NCBI GenBank assembly: GCA_019828565.1
Contig: JAHDYR010000011.1
Coordinates: forward strand, 606,656-670,655
Source: Carpediemonas membranifera BICM
Lineage: Eukaryota > Protista > Fornicata
Length of the DNA: 64,000 nucleotides
Direction of reading: 5' to 3'
Below the pieces are notes generated by a model, which was given only the letters and a program-made list of their open reading frames with translations, did not search any database and was not told the DNA's origin. The translations under genes and the position numbers were made by a program. Shown in pieces: positions 1 to 11,255 of the stretch (position 1 is the stretch's first letter; each line of letters starts with the position of its first letter).

Positions 1-522
1 TCTCTGACGTCCGCAACAAGCACAAGGACATTCCAATCATGCTCACGCACCACATCATCACCCTTTCCCTCATGACCATGGCCTTCGTCGGTAAGGGGCA
101 GTACAAGCTCTTCCTGCAGACCATCGCCTTCCACGACTTTACCGACATTTTCCTCGAGGGCTCCAAGCTAGTCCATTACGTGGTGGGCGACCCCCTTTCC
201 GGTTTGTACCACAACGCTCCCTCACACAGGCATCCCGTTCGTCATGTTCGCCGCTTCCTTCGCCTACACCCGCATCTACATGCTCCCCAAGCACATCTTC
301 CTGCCGATCACCCAATACGGCAACGCCCTCAACGACGGCGACATGTTCCTGCACAAAGCGTTCGTCGGCTTCTTCTGGGGCCTCTACACGCTCCACCTGG
401 CCTGGATGTGGATGATTATCCGCATGTGCTGGGGCATTGTCAAGGGCACCGTGCGGGGTGACATCCGCAGCGACGGCGAGGGTGAGCGCGTCAAGGGAAA
501 GAAGGAGGGGAAGAAGGCATAA
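1..522 (+). CDS. LAG1: TLC-domain ceramide synthase (LAG1/LAC1 family), 3' part; intron 202-229
   Basis: Lag1p motif KDIPIMLTHH...FHDFTDIFLEGSK. Removing the GT..AG intron at 202-229 joins this frame to the 244-522 ORF (GDPLSGIPFVMFAASFAYTRIYMLP...GDIRSD), which has hydrophobic helices and the typical C-terminal DIRSD. Confidence 0.85.
202..229 (+). other. 28-nt spliceosomal intron
   Basis: gtttgtaccacaacgctccctcacacag; GT-AG ends; its removal restores the TLC reading frame. Confidence 0.8.
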
Positions 523-1272
523 TGTTGATAAAGTGGCAGTTCTTAGAAACGCCACCTCTCACGCCCACGTGGCCCAGACGCTCGCCCGGCACCACACGGA
601 TCTATAACGTATCCACCATTGGCCTGCCATGGCTTAGCGTGGCATGTCCGAGGTTCTGGCAGCCATTGTCGCCAACTCTTCGTCCGACTCGAACCAGGCC
701 CATGCCGCGGTGCTGTACGCCGTGCTGTCGACCCAGTCTGACAGTCACGGCCCGTGTACTTGTGTCGAACCTCTTCACCCTGGCGTCCATCCGCGAGTCA
801 GCAGTGAGGGACACCGCCCTTCCCATAGACCTTGGGCTCGTCGAGAACCCTGCTCCGCGGTCCGAGTCTGTGCCCCACGGCTGGCTTACCTTACAGGGAG
901 CCGACGCTGAGGGCACACACGAGTCTGGGGTTCCGGTAGAGGTGGACTGTTCAACTCGACACATATCAACAACGCTGCTTATAGCATCACAAATCTGAGA
1001 CAATATCCCGAATATATGCTCAAATATTTCAAATTGTGTCGTATTTTGCAATGACATGTGCGATAACACGGCCCCGGACTCGTTCCACTCACGCCATTAG
1101 GACGGTGTGAGAGCACTGGAGCAAAGTTTAGACCGGCATGTCATGCGTCCTGGCATCAGCATATTATCTCAGATACAACGAGATCTAATTGGACGGAAGA
1201 AGTGCCCAATTCGCATCTTCCAGCTTCCTGCAAACTCTCACAGGAACAAATAGCAACGTAGTGACAACATTT

Positions 1273-2545
1273 ATGATAGCAAACAACTCTATATTGAAAG
1301 AGCGTTGGAAACTCGTCAAGTCTTTAGGACAAGGGGCATTTGGGCAAATATACGAGGCCGTAGATCTCGAGACAAACGAAAGTTTCGCCGTAAAGCTCGA
1401 ACGGCGAAGCTCAAAGCGTTCAGTGCTCAAAATCGAAGTTTCCTTCCTCCGCAAAGTACGAAACTGCCCATCCGTGCCCACTTACATCACCTGCGGGACC
1501 ACAAAGTCGTTCAATTTCATGATCATGTCCTTGTGTGGGACAAACCTAGGCGTCTTGCGGAAGTCCCGACCCGAGCAGCGCTTCTCCTTGAGCACCACGC
1601 TGAAGCTCGGAGTATCGATGACCAGCTGCATAAGGGACGTCCACGCCGCGGGCTACGTCCACAGAGACGTCAAGCCGTCGAACTTCGTCCTCGGCCACAA
1701 CAACAACCGGGTCTACATCATCGACTTCGGGCTGTCCCGCCGCAACGTTGACGATGCCGGCCAGCTCCTGCCTGAGCGGGAGTGCCCGGGCTTCAGGGGC
1801 ACCGCTAGATACGCATCCGTGGCCTCCCACCAGTGCAAGGACCTGGCGCCCCGGGACGACTATTGGTCTCCTCTACCTCATGATCGAGATGCTCACAGGC
1901 TTCCTGCCCTGGCGCAGGCTCAAGGACAGAGACAGGATCGGCGAGGCCAAGAGCCGGTGCACCACCCACGACACGCTCACATCAGGCCTGCCCGGGTGCT
2001 TCGAGAAGCTGCTGACGTACATCAAGAGCCTCGACTTCACCGACCGGGTCGACCATGGTAAGGTCCAGGCCATGTTCTTGGACGAGATGAGGGCCCGCGG
2101 GCTGTCTCCGGGGGCTGAATACGACTGGTGCTGCGACTCCCAGCCGGCCCTTTACCGGCCGACGACCAGCCTCTACGCGGCTCACGGGATGGGCCAGCCT
2201 CCGCTGTCGTCCAGCTTCCCCGAGACCCGGAGGCCATCCCGCCCATCGACGCTGTCTCACGTGCAGCTGCCCTCCGTGTCCACGCCGGCAGAGGCCGTCC
2301 CCCTCATCACATCCCGGACAGGCGACTCCACGCGGACCAGGTCATTCGCCCGGCTGCCGTCGTTGGACCGGGGCTGGGTCCGCGGCAGCTCGGGCGGCCA
2401 CGGCTCGGATTCCCCTGCCACTGTCGATAGCCCGCCCAGCGTGCCGCCCTCGCCACTCAAGGCGTTATGCTCGTCCCGTGGCGGCCTTGAGTCGACCCGG
2501 ACCCACTCTGTGTGGCACCCCCAGGCTCATCGGTCCAGGTTCTAG
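1273..2545 (+). CDS. Casein kinase 1 family Ser/Thr kinase (tau-tubulin kinase-like); one frameshift near 1868
   Basis: GQGAFG, AVKLE, HRDVKPSN, IIDFGL, GFRGTARYAS, RDD. The kinase C-lobe (LYLMIEMLTGFLPW) continues in the 1748-2545 frame and is followed by an S/P-rich tail. Confidence 0.88.
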
Positions 2546-2704
2546 GGCCGCATTGCCATTCTAGATAAATCACTCAGTTCTTGTAGAGCTATTGGAGCTC
2601 TGCGTGAGTCAAACGATCGCCAAGCTGAGGGTCTGCGCAGGCCAAATTCGAAAAAAATTTGGACTTATCCTGCGTGCCACGGACGAAGAGGTGTAATCAC
2701 CATA

Positions 2705-3640
2705 ATGGGCACACTAACAGCGAATATGATCATCAGCCGAACAAAGGTGTCAGATCTTGGACAAGTACGCAACTTGAATATCTGGGGAAATGACCTCAGT
2801 GACGTTTCTGTTGTCCGCCAGATGAAAAACGTGGAAGTCCTTAGCCTATCCGTGAATAATATCGACACACTATGCGATTTCTCCTTTTGCCCAAAGCTCC
2901 GGGAGCTTTATCTCCGTAGGAACAAAGTCCAGGAGCTGTATGAGATCCTCTACCTCACGAAGCTGCCCGGCCTCAAAACACTCTGGCTCAGTGACAACCC
3001 CATCGCCCAGAAGCCAGATTACCGCAAATTCGTGATCGCCAACCTCCAGAACCTCGAGAAGCTCGACGACAAGCCGATTGAGGACGAGGAGCGCCGGAAT
3101 GCCCGCGCCGCCGGGCTCACCAACGCTGTCAGGATCCCAGCAGACCGCGAGCAGCCGGCGGGCACCGGCATGTCAGTTGAGGACGCGACCCCTGCCATGG
3201 CGCCCCGGGCAGACCCGGACCCCCGCCGCGAGGCATTCAAGGCGCCCGACTCGCACTTCGCCCCACCCCCTCAGGGCCATGCGATCCAGTCGATGACGTC
3301 TGACCTTCCCCCGTCAGCCATGCCGGAGAGGGTCATCGCCCAGATGCCGGCAGCCCGGGTCCGGGCCACAGTCGGCAGATCCGACTCGAGGCAGTCAGTC
3401 GGCGGGCCACCACCAGGCCATGTCATCTCCCACGCCCCGAACCCAGTCCGGCAGCCCGTGGAGCGGCAGCCGCTTGACCGGCAGTCTTCGTCGCGGGAGC
3501 TGAGGGTCGACGGTGAGGACTTTGCAAGACAGGACGCCGTGTTCCATGCGGTGGTGACCCTGCTGCCCGAGCTGAGTCAGGCCCAGCTCCAGATGCTGCA
3601 GACCATGGTTGAGAAGAAGCTCAAGCGGGACTGGCGCTAA
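2705..3640 (+). CDS. CFAP410: Cilia- and flagella-associated protein 410 (C21orf2) orthologue
   Basis: N-terminal LRR (LNIWGNDLSDVS..NVEVLSLSVN..LRELYLRRN..LWLSDNP..YR..VI..L..LEKLD) plus the conserved C-terminal helix AVFHAVVTLLPELS. Confidence 0.9.
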   Translation: MGTLTANMIISRTKVSDLGQVRNLNIWGNDLSDVSVVRQMKNVEVLSLSVNNIDTLCDFSFCPKLRELYLRRNKVQELYEILYLTKLPGLKTLWLSDNPIAQKPDYRKFVIANLQNLEKLDDKPIEDEERRNARAAGLTNAVRIPADREQPAGTGMSVEDATPAMAPRADPDPRREAFKAPDSHFAPPPQGHAIQSMTSDLPPSAMPERVIAQMPAARVRATVGRSDSRQSVGGPPPGHVISHAPNPVRQPVERQPLDRQSSSRELRVDGEDFARQDAVFHAVVTLLPELSQAQLQMLQTMVEKKLKRDWR

Positions 3641-3970
3641 TGTTGAATGTTTTAACATTGGATGAGCTGCAGTGCAAGCTTCAGGCCTGTGCGTCGGGTC
3701 GGGTTGAGTGGAGACTCGACTCAACCGTCCAGGTAAATGGCAATTGGAGCAAACCCCCGCGACGATCAGATTGCCGCGACCAGCTGTGGCATTTGCACAA
3801 AATGCGGACCGAAAATTGCTGAAATTCTGCGGACTACGTGACCGAGATGCCTCGGATGTGCGACTACCAATCCATACCGCTGTGTTCGGTCACATGCAGC
3901 ATGCCCACTGGCCCACACCGCCGTTATAACGGTCATTTACGTTGCCATAAATCCCGAGAAAGACATCTTG

Positions 3971-5236
3971 ATGAGCGAGGAGATGGACGCGCAGATGCGG
4001 ACGGCCCGCCATCTTCAGGAAGAGATCAAACACTACGGGGCGAATGAATCGACGCATCAGTTTGTCCCATACACATCACAGGCCGGCAAACAAAGCGCTG
4101 GCCAGTCTACGAACAAATTTTCCAGGTCTGCGCTAACCGTAGACATGTCTTCTTCCGTAGAACAGCTATCATACGCCAACGCCTCGCTTAGGGGAGAGCT
4201 GGACGCCCAGTGCCTCCGTACCGAGGCGGCCGAGGCGACCATCGAGTCTCTGTCCACACGGCTCAAAGAGGCGCAGTCCAAGCTGTCCGAGCAGCAGGCC
4301 GTGATCGAGGAGTACAGTAGCGAACGTAGCCAGATCTTCGACCAGTTCAAAGCTGTGGAGGCCGGCAACCAGAGCCTCAAGTCGGAGCTCAACAGACTCA
4401 TCAGCCTTCATGACGAGCAGCGCCAGGCCATGCAGCGGGAGTTCGACCAGACAGTGCGGGAGATGCGTGTGGAGAACGAGCGGCGCATCAAGCACCTGTC
4501 GGAGCAGATCGACAAGGCCCGGGCGGGCCACAACACCCTCACCGAGGAGATGAAGGCCGCGCGGTCCTCGCAGGCCGAGGAGGCGCAGGGGCTGCGGGCC
4601 GAGCTGCGGGCGATGACGATGGAGCGGGACAACCTCGAGGCCGAGCTGGCTCGTGTGACCGAGGAGAAGGACGCCGAGCTCGAGACACTGCGGGGGGCAC
4701 TCAGCAAGTCCGAGAACGACAGGCAGCACGCCCTGAGTCGCATGAGTGACCTCGAGTCGTCCCGGCCCGAGGCCAGCGAGGACCTGGCCCTGGCCGACAG
4801 CCTCGCCACGGCCATCGCCAAGTTCAAAGCCCAGCGGGAGTCCTGCCTAGCCTGGCGGGAGCGGGCACAGGCGCTGGACGCCCAGCTGAAGACGAAGGAG
4901 GCCGAGCTGAGCGCCACTGGCATCGACGGGCGTCGGGCCCACATGGCCGTGAAGGAGAGCATCGTGCAGCTCAACGAGGCCGCCAGCACCACACAGCGGC
5001 TGCGGCGGGAGCTGCACGAGGCCCAGAAGCGGGTGGAGGTCCTGGAGACGCAGCTCGAGGGCCTTGGCGTGCTTGCGGCCAAGCGGGAGGTCGACCCGGA
5101 GAAGAATCAGCTGGTCGTCGAGATGGCGCGGCTGGAGGCGGAGAGGAAGCACCTAGAGAACGAGCGGATGCGGCGTCAGGCAGAGGTCGGGGAGCTGCGG
5201 ACCAAGGTCGAGCGGACCTCCGCCTCTGTCGAGTGA
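3971..5236 (+). CDS. Coiled-coil protein, unknown function
   Basis: 421-aa ORF with E/R/A/L-rich heptads and host-like GC3-rich codon usage. Confidence 0.8.
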   Translation: MSEEMDAQMRTARHLQEEIKHYGANESTHQFVPYTSQAGKQSAGQSTNKFSRSALTVDMSSSVEQLSYANASLRGELDAQCLRTEAAEATIESLSTRLKEAQSKLSEQQAVIEEYSSERSQIFDQFKAVEAGNQSLKSELNRLISLHDEQRQAMQREFDQTVREMRVENERRIKHLSEQIDKARAGHNTLTEEMKAARSSQAEEAQGLRAELRAMTMERDNLEAELARVTEEKDAELETLRGALSKSENDRQHALSRMSDLESSRPEASEDLALADSLATAIAKFKAQRESCLAWRERAQALDAQLKTKEAELSATGIDGRRAHMAVKESIVQLNEAASTTQRLRRELHEAQKRVEVLETQLEGLGVLAAKREVDPEKNQLVVEMARLEAERKHLENERMRRQAEVGELRTKVERTSASVE

Positions 5237-5638
5237 ATTAGGGGATGTAAATGTATAGCGTCGGGTCAGTTGGTCACTCAGCCCCCATAAATGTAAATAA
5301 TGTAAATAACCGCTGAATGGTTTACTCAGGCGACAGCTTGGGAGTCGAGCCCACAGTGCCATCCAGGGACGCAGCAGGCCCGCACACACGAAGGAGGTCA
5401 GGACCTGGCCTGCAAAGGGGATCCGGTTGGGCCATTTAAACAGTGAATGCGCGCTGCCCGGAGCGGGTCACGATGATACCGTCGACCTGCCCTTCTCGCA
5501 GCTTGATCCTTGTCCAACCCGGCGTCACCCTGATCTTGATCGCTGGCAGGGCACGGATGGCGGCCATGGTCTGCATGCTGCTCTTGCCGGTGGTTTGTAA
5601 CGAAGAATGACCGATTCGAGAAGTATACATAGATATCC

Positions 5639-5995
5639 ATGCGACATGTATTTCTCGAGACATCGAATTGCTCTCTTCTCCTGATGCAGAGCAACGCAGA
5701 AACGCTGGAGAAGCTGCAGAAGATGCTTATTGATGATCTCTTTATGATGGAACGCATTCAAAAGGCCCGAGACAATGTATTCCAGGCCGAACAGCATATT
5801 GCTGCATGCGTGGCGCAACTGCGGCAACTAGAAACAGAGAAAGCGCAGCTCCAAGACCAGTTCAAGCGCCTTACAGATGAGAAGACTGCACTTACAAGTG
5901 TCTGCGAGTCCCAGCGCCAGGCCATCGGGCTTACTTCCGTCGTCGTCATCCTGGTCACACTGATGTGGATATTCGTCGCCTACACCCTCCAGTGA
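5639..5995 (+). CDS. Small coiled-coil protein with C-terminal transmembrane anchor
   Basis: Heptad region followed by IGLTSVVVILVTLMWIFVAY at the C-terminus; start codon uncertain. Confidence 0.55.
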   Translation: MRHVFLETSNCSLLLMQSNAETLEKLQKMLIDDLFMMERIQKARDNVFQAEQHIAACVAQLRQLETEKAQLQDQFKRLTDEKTALTSVCESQRQAIGLTSVVVILVTLMWIFVAYTLQ

Positions 5996-6435
5996 GATAC
6001 TTGCCCATCAACAGTGCACCGTCTAGCTCTTTATTGCCGACCATGGTCAGCCTGCAGTAACTGACACAGCAAGGTCTCCGACAGTTGAGCATTCTGCGTG
6101 AAGCATGGGGGCAGCTATACCCGCCATTCACCCTCAATGTGGGGCTGAGTACTCATTGGCCAGCTACTTGACGAATAGCGGGGCCCGCTAACACTCCAGC
6201 GGATCCCGACGTTCCGCCCATCCAACAGTTCGCGCTACTTCTCGCCGGAGACACTGACGGCGAACCAGAGACCCATACCTCGTCATAAATCACGTATACG
6301 TGCCCGGAGGATTCCAGCGTGACGAAGGCCAGGTCGACCTGCTTGCGACGAAACCCGACCCGAGCCTGGTGACTGCCACTCAATAGCGGGTACAGGAAGC
6401 GTCTCCCATGGCGCAATTTCACGCGCCCAGCCGTC

Positions 6436-8037
6436 ATGTTCGCGGTCATGCAGCATGTTCTGCCTTCTCCCGCAGCTTTGGCCGCAGTCTTCTCACGAAA
6501 ATTTGGGATGTCTGCATCACCTAATGAGGGAGATGGCACGCCATCGCCTGAATTCTTCACGCCAACGGTGCCATTAACTGAAGATGTTGATACTTTGACC
6601 CAGAGCCTCACAATTGGCAAGGAATTGTCTGTGACACTGGCTTCGGGGTCACCGAGCTTGTTATATACACAAATAGCAGCTATACAAGCGCTATTTGACG
6701 GCGAAAACACCATAGACGATGAATTCCGGGGACGTGTATTCGACCAGCTCTCCACGATGCACGACGAAGCGACCACCCTCGCAACAGAGTACCACGCCTT
6801 GGAGACAACGCTCGCCAGCCTCGCTGACGAGAAGGCGCGCCTCTCTTCGTATTACTCGCTTCGTGTACAGCAGCTCGAGGAGGAGCGGCTGGCTGCAGAG
6901 AGGGTGGCGGCCTACTACGCGAAAGACAGGGCTGCCCCGCCCCGTCTCACAGCCAGCGCCCTGCCCCCGCGGTGTCCCGTGGAAGGAAAGGTGGCGTGGA
7001 CCCAGACTGAGGCGAGTGTGGTGCTGGAGGAAGACTTCCAGGCGTCCAAGGCGACCTGGGAAGCCAACTCCAGCAGAGCGATGAACCTGTTGTCCGACAG
7101 TGTATCTGAGATGGAGAGCACGCGGAGGGAGCTGCTGGCGCGGGAGCAGGAGCTTGACCGGGTGAAGGCCGAGGCCAAGGCGCGGCATGACGCCCTCGAG
7201 CTCCGGCTTCAGCACGAGCGGATGGAGGCCAGACAAGAGTTGGACAGTGCCACGATGAAGCATGAGAAGGAACGCAGGGCGATGACGAGCAAGCTGGTAG
7301 CAGCTACGGCCGAGGCCGACCAACTCCGGGCAGAGCTCAAGACACACATCGGGAGGAACCGGCTCGACACAGTTGCACTGCGGAACATGGTGAAGGAGCG
7401 CGACGACCTGGCGGCAGAGGCGAACGAGCTGCGGCAGGAAATCGATGCGAACCGCCGAGAGCTGGGACAAACTACCGATGAGTTGCGGGCGACAAAGCTG
7501 AACCTGCAGGTCGTGGAAGAGCGGACGCGGGTCGAGACGCAGCGGTTTACTGACATGCAGCTGCCAGAGTCGGCCTGGATGAAGGACCGGGCGGCACTAC
7601 AAGCTGCCCTCAAGGATGCCCGGCAGACTCTCGCGGATGAGCGGGAGGCGTGGGCCGACGAGAAGCGGGAGCTCGTGGAGGGCTGGAATGCTCGTCTGCA
7701 TGCGCTGTGCCGGGCCGTCGACACGATCAATGCAGGTGCAGAAGTCCTGGACGGCATCCCCCTGCCGACATCTCCACCTCGTCGCGCTTCCCCGGTAAGG
7801 ACGGCGTCGCCACTCAGCAGGACTCAGCCGACCAGGGTCACGAGAGTTGTGCGGCGAGACAACGGGCGGGGCCAGAACGCGGCACAGGGCCCGAAGACGG
7901 TCTCTGCACCCGCGTCTGGAGCCGTCAGGAAGCCTCGGGTAAGGGACAGCCCCGCGCCAATGACAGGAGAGGTGCGGGTGACGTCACGGGCGTCAAGTAC
8001 AGGCTTCCGAGTCCTGCCGAACGCAAGGGCGAAGTGA
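6436..8037 (+). CDS. Coiled-coil protein with P/R/S-rich tail
   Basis: 533-aa ORF with a long heptad region; true start may be the downstream Met (MSASPNEG). Confidence 0.75.
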   Translation: MFAVMQHVLPSPAALAAVFSRKFGMSASPNEGDGTPSPEFFTPTVPLTEDVDTLTQSLTIGKELSVTLASGSPSLLYTQIAAIQALFDGENTIDDEFRGRVFDQLSTMHDEATTLATEYHALETTLASLADEKARLSSYYSLRVQQLEEERLAAERVAAYYAKDRAAPPRLTASALPPRCPVEGKVAWTQTEASVVLEEDFQASKATWEANSSRAMNLLSDSVSEMESTRRELLAREQELDRVKAEAKARHDALELRLQHERMEARQELDSATMKHEKERRAMTSKLVAATAEADQLRAELKTHIGRNRLDTVALRNMVKERDDLAAEANELRQEIDANRRELGQTTDELRATKLNLQVVEERTRVETQRFTDMQLPESAWMKDRAALQAALKDARQTLADEREAWADEKRELVEGWNARLHALCRAVDTINAGAEVLDGIPLPTSPPRRASPVRTASPLSRTQPTRVTRVVRRDNGRGQNAAQGPKTVSAPASGAVRKPRVRDSPAPMTGEVRVTSRASSTGFRVLPNARAK

Positions 8038-8437
8038 GACTGCCGTATATCATAGCCACGCATGTGAAGAGTAAAGAGCCTATCTGTAATCGTTCGCGCA
8101 AAGTGTTATCCCCCCCATCGTATTGTGTATCCTCTTCCTTTGAAACCTTCGCGGTCACAACACCGAGCAGCACTCGAGTAACTGGCACCATCTGTCGGCC
8201 TCAGGACTAATGAGTAATTCAAATAAATCGAGTTCAGCGACGTGTGAGCCTAGTGGACTATATGCACAGGTGCGGAATCCCCCTAAATGCATCAACTGAT
8301 TGAGTTCTGAAAATGTGATTTTTGAATTCCGCCATACACCGAGCTGAAGAGCTACAGCCGGCACATCTCCTAGATCGCTAGTGCCTGGGTAGCACTAACG
8401 ATTAAGCCAACCTCCCGGTGATACCGTCCCAACTCAT

Positions 8438-8855
8438 TGTGCTGGGTCTGAAATTAACTATACAGTGTACCAGCAGAGGTACCTATAAGTGCAGTTTATG
8501 TAAACACATCCATTCTCTTCACGCTTAGGGCTCCCACAGTTATAACTGTAACAAATGGACGTCCACATAACACTCCCAAAGTGTGAAGAGACAGGGTACG
8601 AAGCTATTAGGAAGTTCCAGCACGATTTCCGCCTCGCCAAAACAGTCCATCCGGCGCTTAAGGCATTCCTCTGCCTTTCGCTCCAGGTAACCGACGAACT
8701 ACGCTTCAGGTTTGATGTAGAGCCTGAATCCATGTCCGACGACGTCATCTTTAGCCATCTCTTCCAACTATCTCGGCCACTCGACGCTACGCTCGCTTTA
8801 CAAGCACTACAACGTCTCTCCTTCCCATCTGGAACCGACAGAGACTTCATCCATA
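8438..8855 (+). mobile_element. Truncated 5' end of a Ty3/gypsy element (E4): putative LTR 8438-8538 plus gag start
   Basis: Starts TGTGCTGGGTCT (E2 TGCCATGGGTCT, E3 TGTCGTGGGTCT), contains TGTAAA, ends CCACA, has the palindrome ACAGTTATAACTGT, then ATG 16 nt later. No second LTR to confirm the limits. Confidence 0.55.
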
Positions 8856-8896
8856 CTGTCAATTCCTTGACTTCAAGTCAAGTTTTTGTGACTTAA
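8555..8896 (+). pseudogene. gag: Truncated gag-like ORF of E4
   Basis: LPKCEETGYEAIRKFQHDFR resembles the gag starts of E2 (PMLKKTTIESLVRFAEDL) and E3 (PLLTVPSVEALITFAEAF); same position relative to the LTR. Confidence 0.45.
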
Positions 8897-8927
8897 AGTC
8901 AAGGCCAAAACTTGACTTTAAGTCAAG
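8866..8927. repeat. Three palindromic TGACTTnAAGTCA units
   Basis: cttgacttcaagtcaag 8866-8882, tgacttaaagtca 8889-8901, cttgactttaagtcaag 8911-8927. Confidence 0.8.
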
Positions 8928-9107
8928 ACGTTTGAATTAATCAGAGGAACCAGGCTCTGTCAGTAAATAAGAATGGTATGGCTGGGTAGCAGTACTAGTT
9001 CTCTATTCACTGCATTGATGGCTAACTGTGGGCTAAGCTGTGACCTGAGTATGGGTGACTTCTTCTTGACGACGAGAGCCATTTTTTTCAAGTTCGACCA
9101 CTTTGGC

Positions 9108-9190
9108 TCTGTCCCCTTCGCAGTTTTTTGCAGGATCTGATCTACACCAGTAGTGCTTGTGATCCAACAAAAATCTGCGAAGGGGACAGA
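9108..9190. repeat. Inverted repeat (16-bp perfect arms)
   Basis: tctgtccccttcgcag ... ctgcgaaggggacaga. Confidence 0.8.
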
Positions 9191-9539
9191 ACAGATCTCG
9201 AGATTTTTAGCAAAAGACTCGGGCCGAGTCGAGAGGCGTTATTGATGAGCGCACAGCTCAGGGAATTTTTCTACGCTGCAACTAAAAACCAAGAGGCCGA
9301 GTAAACACAAGTATTACTACACGATGATGCCCAGACCGTCGTGTAAGGAGAACATTCTTGGGCGGTCAACGCGAAGAAAAAGTTAAAGTTATTGGAATTA
9401 AAAAGACGGCAATGTACTCGCCCTTGGCTGAAACCTCAGGCATAATGGTTTCAGGTGTGAACTCTTCCAATTGGGGGAGTTATTGTTATTGTTCAGTTTA
9501 AGGTCACGCCGCCTGCATGAAAAAAAATGGTAATGACGG

Positions 9540-9647
9540 TGTGATCACTAAGGAAAAAGACTTTACAAAGAGAGCTCGACACAAGGGTGTCGAGCTGGAC
9601 GGATCAAGACCGTATCAAATACGTATCTCATATATAAATGGCTGACA
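9540..9647 (-). repeat. E1 3' LTR copy 1 (108 bp)
   Basis: TG...CA ends; near-identical to 29195-29302; PPT GGGGGGGAAG on the minus strand at 9648-9657; left flank ACGG. Confidence 0.95.
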
Positions 9648-11146
9648 CTTCCCCCCCATGCTCTGTTAAGAGCATCACGAAAAGGATACCATTGTTAATC
9701 AGGTCTTGGGGGAACAGCCCAAGAGTGCTGACCCTATAACCGTCGATCGCTGGGGAATGACCAGTGATCCGGGGATGCCAACTAAGTTCAACTTAGAGGG
9801 CTGACCGTCGCGCACACGGGACTTGCGTGTACGCCGGATAGTATCCGTTGACTAGGCTGACGACATAGCGTCCTAAGCCATCGCCCGGCGTGGAGTCCAC
9901 CCACGGAAATTCTCTAAAGATTTTCTAGATTGCGCAAAGATTCTACAGATTCGAAAAGACTCGTGGTACCACTAAATAAGCGCGCTGTGTCATGGGTATC
10001 TTACCTGGGGATCCTGCCCCTCCTAGTAGTCGATACATACCAGTGTTCTGTCTGATTGCATCAAACCGTGCAGGTTATGTCATGCATTCGGCTTGATTCG
10101 GAATAGTTGGCGGTTTGTGCTCCTCTTCCGCTATTTCTTACATAGGCTTCAAAAATGCAGTTAACTAGCTCCAATTCCGCTTCCTTGGCGAGATACGGGA
10201 GTTTTCTTCTCTTCGTCTCCGCTCGGACTTCTTGTGCCCAGAATACGAGCTCCATCATGAATAACCAACATCAAAACCACGTTCTTCGTATAAACTTTGT
10301 CCATTATCACTTCTTGGAGGTGTTTTTCTTCCCCTTTTCCTCGAGATCTCGTCTCGGCATAAAACGCGCGAGAGAATACGTGAACGGCTGTCCCTTGGCC
10401 AGTATTGGCTATACAGGCGTGCTCAGCGTCTGTAACTTGCGCGGTGGGTGTCCTCCTGAGATTATATAACTCATGTATACATGTAAATCAAATCTGGGAC
10501 GCCTCCCAGATTTCAAACGGCGCTATGACAAACGTAGAGGAGGAACTCTTTGCTGCAATCGACCAGTATATGACGGCCAATCCTACTGGTGTGCTCATCT
10601 CCGATCTTCAGGCCTTGAAGCGAAAGCATGTCGAGCTGCTGAATGGTGACGGCTCCCAGGAAGCTACTGAAGGTTCTCACACGCCTCCATCCACTGAAAA
10701 CACCGCTGAGAACACCGATGGTGATGCCATTTCGCACCAAGAAGCTGGTTCAGCTCCCGATCGCACCGTTCTCCGACCTCGACGCTCCGGACGGCACATC
10801 ACCGACTGCCATCCCGAATCTGCTCAGACCACAATCACCCGCACGAGTGAGCTGGGCGCTGAGTTCAACCAGCGTGTCGTAGAGGTCCCTGTCCGCCCAT
10901 TCCACCGACAGACCCGCTACCGCGCCAATGTCGAAACCCCTAGGGCTATTGTGACCGTCGCCGAGCCGACCGAGCCCGCCGAACCTCTTCCGGCACGCGA
11001 GCAGCGTCAGGTCGAGACCTTCCGCACCACCTTTGCGGAGATCAGCACTGCTCGCTTCTCCAACTGCTTCGAAGTCAATTTCACAGCCCTCCTCGACCGA
11101 GTTCAGACCGGGAAGCTCTTCGGCAGCGCTATGACCGAGGTCACGG

Positions 11147-11255
11147 TGTGATCACTAAGGAAAAAGACTTTTACAAAGCGAGCTCGACACAAGGGTGTCG
11201 AGCTGGACGGATCAAGACCGTATCAAATACGTATCTCATATATAAATGGCTGACA
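11147..11255 (-). repeat. E1 3' LTR copy 2
   Basis: Same LTR with PPT, inserted after GAGGTCACGG of the antisense ORF. Confidence 0.95.

Noticed and set aside
602-1069. 155-aa minus-strand ORF (also 5436-5663 and 36035-36298)
   Set aside because: No motifs and overlapping alternative ORFs; coding status cannot be supported.
1860-1875. Kinase pseudogene
   Set aside because: A single indel in a CT-rich stretch with all motifs intact on both sides; probably a sequence error.
8866-8927. CRISPR-like array
   Set aside because: Only three short palindromes with tiny spacers, a eukaryotic context and no cas genes.
9996-10022. U1 snRNA-like ATCTTACCTGG
   Set aside because: Only a short match inside the E1 UTR; no U1 stem-loops or Sm site seen.
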